Position numbers and translations under genes: made by a program. From a virus (lineage: Duplodnaviria; Heunggongvirae; Uroviricota; Caudoviricetes), in the IMG/VR virus record IMGVR_UViG_2728369183_000008: a stretch of DNA of 8,332 bases; one strand, 5' to 3'. The stretch's first letter is position 1, and every line of letters begins with the position of its first letter. The notes under the pieces are model-generated. The model ran no database searches. It was not told where the DNA came from and saw nothing but the letters and a program-made list of their open reading frames with translations. This document shows positions 1-7,534 of this stretch, piece by piece.

Positions 1-279
1 TTACCTCCAGATGCGTTGCTGGAATGTGCGGGACAGACGCGGTGGGCGTTCGGAGTAAGGAAGCCTGACGGAGATTATCCAGTGACGGTAGTCGAGGCTA
101 AGGGCTTTTTTAACCTCGCATCCGCGCCTGCGGTAACACTGAATGAGCCATTCGGCCTGTTCTTCAGTGCATGGGGGATGCTGGTACCAGTCTGACTTAA
201 ATGCGTGAGAATACCGCTCGTGCGTGTGGGCAAGAACGGTCGAATTATCATGTTTGTAATATTTTGCGTTGCGTGCCAT
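1..279 (-). CDS. Hypothetical prophage protein, N-terminal 92 codons only; C-terminus lies beyond the window start
   Basis: ATG at 279..277 on the - strand, preceded by GGAG with a 7-nt spacer; open to the window edge. By position (downstream of the hok and Rem-like genes) it may correspond to the YdfU-like gene of Qin-type prophages, but I do not recognise the sequence. Confidence 0.5.
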   Translation of the reverse strand: MARNAKYYKHDNSTVLAHTHERYSHAFKSDWYQHPPCTEEQAEWLIQCYRRRGCEVKKALSLDYRHWIISVRLPYSERPPRLSRTFQQRIWR

Positions 280-345
280 CGGTTTTCTCCGGTGGCACGG
301 TGTTACTCAGCGGGAGTTCAGCCCCGCGCAAGATTGTAGATGAGT

Positions 346-597
346 TTATTCTTCTGAAAAAGCAGAAAAGCCAGCTTTTATTCCGATCTCTTTCAATACC
401 TGTAATGAAGTGACAAACTCACCGTCGCGCAAGATAAATCCGTCCGTCACTCGGGCATCCACAAAATTAATTAACGCAGCCCCATTTTTTTGCAAACACA
501 CAATGCGGTAATGACTAACAATATTTCCATTTTCAACGCACACAGCATAGAGGCCATCTTCACAAAAAATTTTACGCAGTTCTTCGATGTTCATCAT
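346..597 (-). CDS. Small prophage protein, 83 aa, possible Rem homolog
   Basis: Tandem ATG start at 597..592 with GGAAGG 6 nt upstream; stop at 346. Lies directly downstream of the hokD-like gene on the same strand, as rem does in E. coli K-12 Qin (order quuQ-ydfU-rem-hokD from memory). Length matches, sequence identity not verified. Confidence 0.55.
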   Translation of the reverse strand: MMNIEELRKIFCEDGLYAVCVENGNIVSHYRIVCLQKNGAALINFVDARVTDGFILRDGEFVTSLQVLKEIGIKAGFSAFSEE

Positions 598-728
598 CAG
601 AATCCTTCCGGATAATTAGCTCTCCCCTTTAAGGGACCATCCCTCTTATCCCTGCGCGCTACTTAAGTATTTTTGATTCTATTCCGGCACCGTCCAGAAC
701 TTCAAATGCGTTGAAAATAAAAACAAAA

Positions 729-744
729 ACCCGCCGAAGCGGGT
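729..744 (-). terminator. Rho-independent terminator at the 3' end of the hok mRNA
   Basis: + strand ACCCGC-CGAA-GCGGGT hairpin at 729..744, preceded on + by an A-rich run (709..729), which is a U-tract after the hairpin on the - strand transcript. Confidence 0.55.
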
Positions 745-813
745 TAAGTGCGGGTGCGTTGAGAATGCCTGCCACATCAGAGGTGGCGAGGGATTTCTCC
801 CTCGCCGGGTCTC

Positions 814-969
814 TTACTCCTCAGGTTCGTAAGCTGTGAAGACAGCGACCTCCGTCTGGCCGGTTCGGATTCGTACCTCGCAGAGGTCTTTCCTCGTTAC
901 CAGTGCCGTCACTATGACGGTTAAACAGATGACGATCAGGGCGATTAACATCGCCTTTTGCTGCTTCAT
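814..969 (-). CDS. hokD: Hok-family type I toxin, 51 aa, HokD/RelF-like
   Basis: Translation from the sequence: MKQQKAMLIALIVICLTVIVTALVTRKDLCEVRIRTGQTEVAVFTAYEPEE. Single TM helix followed by the conserved Hok C-terminal region (RKDLCE...EVAVF..AYE). AAGGAG sits 9 nt upstream of the ATG. Matches HokD as I recall it. Confidence 0.9.
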   Translation of the reverse strand: MKQQKAMLIALIVICLTVIVTALVTRKDLCEVRIRTGQTEVAVFTAYEPEE

Positions 970-1025
970 AGCCTGCTTCTCCTTGACCTTTCGGTCCGTA
1001 AGAGGCTAATCTCTATGTGTCGCAT
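966..1025 (-). CDS. mok-like leader ORF, 19 codons, stop overlapping the hok start (ATGA)
   Basis: ATG at 1025..1023 with GAGG 8 nt upstream; reads MRHIEISLLRTERSRRSRL and ends with TGA overlapping the hok ATG. Position matches mok of hok/sok loci. Short, so uncertain. Confidence 0.35.
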   Translation of the reverse strand: MRHIEISLLRTERSRRSRL

Positions 1026-1085
1026 AGATATGGCCTCAGATTAATGTTAAGCGTCTTGCAGGACGCGTAATGTTAACTGGGGCTT
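1019..1085 (+). ncRNA. Predicted Sok-like antisense RNA; ends approximate
   Basis: + strand -35 TTGACC (983..988) and -10 TAATCT (1007..1012), 18-nt spacer, lying opposite the hok ribosome-binding region. A transcript from here would be antisense to the hok mRNA leader and mok start, as Sok is in characterised hok/sok loci. No clear terminator found, so the 3' end is a guess. Confidence 0.25.
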
Positions 1086-1144
1086 TTCTCTATCTGCCTT
1101 TTGGTGTTCATGCCTGAGACAGATAGCCTCAAGCACCCGCAGTT

Positions 1145-1172
1145 ATTCTACTTAACTAAGATTTCCCCGCAA
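1145..1172 (-). promoter_or_regulatory. Candidate hok mRNA promoter
   Basis: On the - strand: -35 TTGCGG (+ coords 1167..1172), 16-nt spacer, -10 TAGAAT (1145..1150), a few nt upstream of the conserved hok mRNA 5' element GCGGGTGCTTGAGGC (~1140..1126). Confidence 0.4.
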
Positions 1173-1227
1173 ACCGTTTTTGTCCGGCACAGTAAATATC
1201 CAACTAAACCAATGGCGTTCGCTGTAT

Positions 1228-1407
1228 TTACCGCCAGTATTCAATGCACATGACCGCCATGAACACCCCTAAAAAAAGGGCATTTATATGTCCAAACATT
1301 AATATCAAAACATCAATTTTTTCCATATACCTTGCTGTGAAGATGATGGGCATACATGATGCGAACAACCAGAACGCAACAAACAAAAACTGCAATGCGT
1401 TTTTCAT
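1228..1407 (-). CDS. Small hydrophobic protein, about 59 aa from the internal ATG; function unknown
   Basis: ATG at 1407..1405 preceded by GGGGG 4 nt upstream; reads MKNALQFLFVAFWLFASCMPIIFTARYMEKIDVLILMFGHINALFLGVFMAVMCIEYWR, consistent with two TM helices. The longer track ORF (to 1446) starts at GTG. AT-rich region, so a chance ORF is possible. Confidence 0.3.
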   Translation of the reverse strand: MKNALQFLFVAFWLFASCMPIIFTARYMEKIDVLILMFGHINALFLGVFMAVMCIEYWR

Positions 1408-1527
1408 TATTCCCCCTACAATCAATGTGCAATAACATTTAAACACACCTCAATTTGGCCGGACATATAAATATCTAAACCAGAAAAAATCACTTACATA
1501 GCGTTACAAACTCTTTAGTCTAAATAT

Positions 1528-2043
1528 TCATCGTAAAACATCCTCCACGCTTATCAGTCCATTTCGTTTCAGGTAATCTATCGCCTTCTCCGGTAATTTG
1601 CAGTCCGGCTGAGCTTTTTTCAGTTGACTGACCAGTCGTTTAACCCACATTGTTAATTCGCTAACCTGATTGCCGGATGCTGGTGGATTGTCGGCTTTAC
1701 CCAGAATGGCAGCGCAGCAGGCCTCTCTGAGCACCCAGTCAACAGCATCCTTCCATGCTCCTGTTTCGACTGGCGGATTCTCACGCTTTACCTGTTCATA
1801 AAAGCGCACGGCTTTAACCAGTCCTTCTGATGTCACCGGGACTGGCGGGCCGATGAATAAGGCCTGAATTTCATAGTTCGGCCTGTCGTTACAATCCTCT
1901 TTTGTCGGTACATATTTCCAGTCACCAGCCCACGGCTTCCCCTGAAAGTCTGTAACGTCTTTTTTCACGTAGCGATATCGCCATGCAACTGGTTTTGCCT
2001 GCCCTGCCGTTTCATGCCCTTCCTGATAATTAATCTCGCTCAT
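1528..2043 (-). CDS. Hypothetical prophage protein, 171 aa
   Basis: ATG at 2043..2041 overlaps the stop of the upstream ORF (ATGA), indicating translational coupling. Long ORF with normal composition. No family recognised. Confidence 0.7.
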   Translation of the reverse strand: MSEINYQEGHETAGQAKPVAWRYRYVKKDVTDFQGKPWAGDWKYVPTKEDCNDRPNYEIQALFIGPPVPVTSEGLVKAVRFYEQVKRENPPVETGAWKDAVDWVLREACCAAILGKADNPPASGNQVSELTMWVKRLVSQLKKAQPDCKLPEKAIDYLKRNGLISVEDVLR

Positions 2044-2197
2044 TCATCGCCCCACTCATCACAATATGCTTCGACCGGAGTTTTTCCTGCTTCATAATCA
2101 TCACGCCATGCTTCAGCATCAGCAGCACTGCCACCACGTAACTCTGCATAGTCCATTAACAGTTCATGCCATGCTTCAAAACTGACGTTGTATTTAG
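2040..2197 (-). pseudogene. 3' fragment of a prophage gene truncated by IS5 (ends ...AEAWRDDYEAGKTPVEAYCDEWGDE)
   Basis: The reading frame is open from the IS5 left boundary (2197) to the stop at 2042..2040. It does not continue on the other side of IS5: the sequence right of the element shows an in-frame TAA and no start codon in that frame. Confidence 0.5.
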
Positions 2198-3392
<1,195 letters not shown>

Positions 3393-3578
3393 TCAGGTAA
3401 GGGACGAACAAAAAATCCTCGGTGAATGCCTCCCGTTAAAAAAAGTATCGCTGAACCTGAATAACGAAATACCGGCTGGATAACCCGCCAGCCATATTAA
3501 CGCCATACCAACGGATTAAAAATGCCAGCAATGGCAGGGATTCGTTCACCCTGAAATCTGTAATGAGGTTAAAACACA

Positions 3579-6013
3579 ATGAGTAAAATCTTTATTTGCG
3601 CTGCTATTCCTGACGAACAGGCCATAAAAGAAGATAGCGCTGTTGCGGTGGCCACTGCCATTGAAGCCGGTGATGAACGTCGCGCCCGCGCAAAATTTCA
3701 CTGGCAATTCCTGGAACATTATCCGGCTGCTCAGGACTGCGCTTATAAATTTCTTGTTTGCGAGGATAAACCCGGCATACCCCGCCCTGCCCTCGATTCC
3801 TGGGATGCTGAATATATGCAGGAAAACCGCTGGGATGAGGAATCCGCTTCCTTTATTCCGGTCGAACCAGAATCCGATCCGATGAACGTCAATTTTGACA
3901 AGCTGTCCCTTGAAGTACAGAACGCGGTCCTGGTTAAGTTCGGTACATGTGAAAACATCACCGTTGATATGGCGATTGACGCGCAGGAATTACTGCAGGA
4001 AGACGTTGCTACCTTTGACGGGCATATCGTTGAAGCACTGATGAAAACGCCTGAAATTAACGCTATGTATCCGGAACGCAAACTGTTCGCTATCGGATGG
4101 GTTAAACACAAATGTAATCCGGGTGCCAAATGGCCAGAAATTCAGGCTGAATTACGTAACTGGAAAAAACGGCAGGACGCAGAGCGCAAAGAGACTGGAA
4201 AATACACGTCTGTTGTTGATCTCGCCCGCGCCAGAGTCAATCAACAGCACACTGAAAACTCAGCAGGAAAAATCAACCCAGTCACTGCCGCCATTTGTCG
4301 CGAATACAAGCAGACATGGAAAACGCTGGATGAAGAACTGGCCTACGCTCTCTGGCCTGGCGATATTGATACCGGAAACATTGACGGCAGCATCCATCGC
4401 CGGGCAAAAAATGAAGTTATCGACAAAGATCGCGAAGACTGGAAGCGCATTTCCGCATCAATGCGCAAACAACCCGATGCCGTTCGCTACGACCGTCAGA
4501 CTATTTTTGGCCTTGTCCGTGAGCGTCCGATCGACATTCACAAAGATCCCGTAGCACTGAACAAATACATCACTGAATACCTGACTACCAAGGGCGTGTT
4601 TGAAGATGACGAAGGAACAAATCAGGGCACAGCTGGTACTCTCCCGTCACCAGTACCAGAAACTGATGCAGTGGAAACGGCAATGCCGGACAACGAAAAA
4701 ACCGAATGCGAAGTGGAAGACGAACCATCTGTAGAGCGTGAGGGACCGTTCTACTTCCTTTTCACCGATAAGGACGGCGAAAAATACGGTCGCGCAAACA
4801 AACTTTCTGGTCTGGAAAAAGCACTGGCCCTGGGAGCTACGGAAATCACAAAAGAGGAATACTTCGCACGTAAAAACGGCACGTACTCAGGTTCACAACA
4901 AAATACTGGTGCATCTGACACGATCGCACAACCAGAGCCGGTAAAAGTTACCGCTGACGAAGTAAACAAAATTATGCAGGCAGCCAATATCAGCCAGCCT
5001 GACGCCAATAAGTTGCTTGCTGTATCACGTGGTGAATTTGTTGCAGGGATTAGCGACCCGAATGATCCGAAATGGGTGAAGGGGATTGAAACCCGCGATT
5101 CAGTGAATCAGAACCAGCAAGAAACGGAACAGAACGGCCAGAAAGCGGAACAAAACAGCCCAAATGCGTTACAAAACGAGCCAGAAACGAAACATCCTGA
5201 ACCAGTGGCGCAACAGGAAGTGGAAAAAGTCTGCACCGCCTGCGGTCAGACCGGCGGCGGCAACTACCCTGATTGTGGCGCGGTGATGGGCGACGCAACA
5301 TACCAGGAAACATTCGATGAAGAGTATCAGGTTGAAGTTCAGGAAGATGATCCGGAGGAAATGGAAGGCGCTGAACATCCACACAAGGAGAACACTGGCG
5401 GCAATCAGCATCACGATAGCGATAATGAAACTGGCGAGACGGCAGATCACTCAATTAAGGTGAACGGTCATCAAGAAATCACATCCACCAGCAGGACGTG
5501 TGACCATCTAATGATCGACCTTGAAACCATGGGAAAAAATCCTGATGCCCCGATCATCTCAATAGGTGCAATATTTTTCGATCCGCAAACCGGAGATATG
5601 GGACCGGAATTTAGTAAGACTATCGATCTGGAAACTGCTGGCGGGGTCATTGATCGGGACACCATTAAATGGTGGCTTAAGCAATCACGCGAAGCGCAAT
5701 CTGCCATTATGACCGATGAAATCCCGTTAGATGATGCACTGTTACAATTGCGGGAATTTATCGACGAAAACTCCGGTGAATTTTTTGTTCAGGTCTGGGG
5801 AAATGGAGCCAACTTCGACAACACGATTTTGCGCCGTTCATACGAACGGCANNNNNNNNNNNNNNNNNNNNNNNNNNNNNNNNNNNNNNNNNNNNNNNNN
5901 NNNNNNNNNNNNNNNNNNNNNNNNNNNNNNNNNNNNNNNNNNNNNNTCGTTACCAGGCAAAATACGTTTCAGCTATCTGGCAAAAACTGATCCCGAGTCA
6001 GGCTGATTTTTAA
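3579..6013 (+). CDS. Prophage RecE-like exonuclease (often annotated exodeoxyribonuclease VIII) with a C-terminal DEDD-type 3'-5' exonuclease domain; interrupted by an assembly gap
   Basis: ATG at 3579 with GAGG upstream. Internal segment KLLAVSRGEFVAGISDPNDPKWVKGIETRD resembles a RecE segment I recall. C-terminal region has Exo I (MIDLETMG) and Exo II (GNGANFDNTIL) motifs. With the gap taken as 95 nt the in-frame stop is at 5990; if the gap length is a multiple of 3 the stop is at 6011..6013 (tail RYQAKYVSAIWQKLIPSQADF). The end coordinate is therefore uncertain. Confidence 0.75.
5852..5946. other. Assembly gap (95 N)
   Basis: Run of n characters; real length and content unknown. Confidence 1.
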
Positions 6014-6028
6014 TGTTCAACCCTAATT

Positions 6029-6054
6029 GCCGCTAACCGTATATAGTTAGCGGC
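6029..6054 (+). promoter_or_regulatory. Perfect 9-bp stem-loop between the exonuclease and xis genes
   Basis: GCCGCTAAC (6029..6037), 8-nt loop, GTTAGCGGC (6046..6054). No following T-tract, so not a classical intrinsic terminator; could be an RNA structure or a protein-binding palindrome. Confidence 0.3.
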
Positions 6055-6071
6055 GGTTATGAGATATAGCT

Positions 6072-6275
6072 ATGAGCAGCTTATTTTTAACCGAAGATGA
6101 ATTGCTAATATTAACGGGCTGCAAATATGCAAGCCACCAGCGAAAATGGTTAATGGAAAACGGGCTTCCGTTCTATACCAATCGTAGTGGCAAACCGATT
6201 GTCAGCCGGGATCTATTTACCTGCAATAAAACTTTACCACCACGCGAGGTAGAGCCGAATTTTGGTGCGATCTGA
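6072..6275 (+). CDS. Excisionase-like protein, DUF4224-type (67 aa)
   Basis: Small ORF immediately upstream of the integrase, with its stop overlapping the int start (ATGA at 6272..6275). N-terminal MSSLFLTEDELLILTGCKYASHQRKWLMENGLPFYTNRSGKPIVSRDLF resembles the DUF4224 family commonly paired with integrases. Not lambda-Xis-like. Confidence 0.65.
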   Translation: MSSLFLTEDELLILTGCKYASHQRKWLMENGLPFYTNRSGKPIVSRDLFTCNKTLPPREVEPNFGAI

Positions 6276-7299
6276 TGGGAAGACGAAGGAAAAATCCTGA
6301 ACACGAAAAATTACCTCCAAATGTATACCCAAATAAATATAGTTATGTATGGAAACCAACATCCAGAGAATCTGTCACACTAACCGCCATCAAGGATGGT
6401 TTAGCTGCTTTATGGAAAAAGTATGAGGAAACTGTAAATAATCGCGATCGTGCAATGACATTCGGTCGCTTGTGGGAAAAATTCCTCGCCAGCGCCTGTT
6501 ACAGTGACCTTAGTCCAAGAACACAAAAAGATTATCTGCAACATCAAAAAAAGTTGCTTGCCGTATTCGGTAAGGTACCAGCGGATTCCATAAAACCAGA
6601 ACACATCCGTCGATACATGGACAAAAGAGGGGAGCAGAGTAAAACGCAAGCCAACCATGAAAAAGCAGTATGTCCCGTGTTTACAGTTGGGGGTATGAGC
6701 GAGGGTACGTCAAGGCTAACCCATGTGCAGGTGTAAGTAAATTCAAGGCCAAAAACCGCGAACGATATGTAACCGACAAAGAATACCAGGCAGTATTAAG
6801 CGTTGCACCTCTTCCTGTTTTTATCGCAATGGAAATTGCCTATCTGTGTGCAGCGAGGGTTTCCGATGTGTTATCGCTGAAATGGGAACAGATTGGAAAC
6901 GACGGGATATTCATCCAGCAAGGGAAAACCGGAAAAAAACAGATAAAAGCATGGAGTCCACGATTACAGGCAGCGATCGAAAAAGCAAAACAGTTACCAA
7001 AATCTGCCTATGTGATCAGCAATCAATACGGCAACCGATATATGTACAAAGGCTTTAACGAAATGTGGGTAGAAGCAAGAAATCGTGCTGGAAAAATTTC
7101 AGGTATTTTAACCGACTTCACCTTTCATGATCTGAAGGCGAAAGGAATTTCAGACTATGAAGGAAGCAGCCGGGATAAGCAACTTTTCTCTGGTCACAAA
7201 ACCGAAGGGCAAGTGCTAATCTATGACAGGAAGGTTAAAGTTTCACCAACACTTGATGTCCCGTTACCTGAAAATATTCCAAGAAAATATTCCAAGTAA
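6275..7299 (+). pseudogene. Lambda-family tyrosine integrase, disrupted by a frameshift
   Basis: N-terminus MGRRRKNPEHEKLPPNVY resembles lambda Int (MGRRRSHERRDLPPNLY). C-terminal part has candidate catalytic residues R (AARVSD), K (QGKTG), H (TFHDL), H (GHKTEG), Y (LIYDRK). The reading frame changes between 6661 and 6733, most plausibly at the A5 run 6660..6664; the two track ORFs are 6275..6736 and 6670..7299. The HxxR box reads HDLK (AAG at the Arg position). Confidence 0.85.
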
Positions 7300-7306
7300 T
7301 TCCAAG
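7276..7306 (+). repeat. Three direct repeats of ATTCCAAG at the int 3' end, adjacent to the tRNA; candidate integrase arm-type sites
   Basis: ATTCCAAG at 7276..7283, 7289..7296 and 7299..7306, within about 50 bp of the tRNA 3' end, where P'-arm sites lie in lambda-type attL. Confidence 0.35.
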
Positions 7307-7351
7307 TGTGATTTTTGTCACTGACTTAATGATGTGTAAGTGATTGAATTT

Positions 7352-7441
7352 TGGCGGAGAGAGGGGGATTTGAACCCCCGGTGGAGTTGCCCCCACTCCG
7401 GTTTTCGAGACCGGTCCGTTCAGCCGCTCCGGCATCTCTCC
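7352..7441 (-). tRNA. serU: tRNA-Ser (anticodon CGA), type II with long variable arm
   Basis: Reverse complement reads GGAGAGATGCCGGAGCGG...CCGGTCTCGAAAACCGG...GGGGGTTCAAATCCCCCTCTCTCCGCCA. Anticodon loop CU-CGA-AA, T-arm GGGGG/CCCCC, 3' CCA encoded. 90 nt. Confidence 0.95.
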
Positions 7442-7534
7442 GTTCAGATGGTTGCCATGATGCCAGGAAATTTGGCATTTTAACAGTCCCTGTCCGTGCA
7501 ATTTTGTTCAAGTGACGAGTTTGCGAGCAAAACG

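Noticed and set aside
201-413. + strand ORF 201..413
   Set aside because: It overlaps the starts and ribosome-binding sites of two convergently placed - strand genes and has no start signal of its own.
1244-1435. + strand ORF 1244..1435 (63 aa), antisense to the small hydrophobic ORF
   Set aside because: AT-rich sequence gives open frames on both strands. The - strand ORF has the better ribosome-binding site; this one has none.
970-1527. Looked for relB/relE upstream of the hokD-like gene, as in the K-12 relBEF operon
   Set aside because: No RelB- or RelE-like ORF is present. The leader instead resembles a canonical hok mRNA 5' region, so the locus is called a stand-alone hok/sok type.
3523-3545. 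Possible sigma-54 promoter (TGGCA element) near the palindrome upstream of the exonuclease gene
   Set aside because: The spacing and the -12 element (expected TTGCA) do not fit; only the GG-containing half resembles the consensus.
3643-5707. Alternative-frame and antisense ORFs within the exonuclease gene (3643..3885, 3743..4129, 4123..4554, 4738..4944, 4751..5008, 5050..5454, 5169..5450, 5471..5707)
   Set aside because: All are embedded in the long, coherent 3579..~6013 reading frame and have no ribosome-binding sites that I could see. Treated as shadow ORFs.
5731-6006. ORF 5731..6006 spanning the N gap
   Set aside because: Its translation is mostly unknown residues across the gap; it is an artefact of the gap frame, not a gene.
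6072-6275. Lambda-type Xis identity for the small ORF upstream of int
   Set aside because: The sequence does not resemble lambda Xis. It fits the DUF4224 excisionase-like family instead, so it is called only an excisionase-like protein.
7496-7534. Upstream in-frame ATG at 7496 as the mtfA start (278-aa version)
   Set aside because: The canonical MtfA N-terminus MIKWPWK begins at 7535, and the extension [13 protein letters not shown] has no ribosome-binding site.
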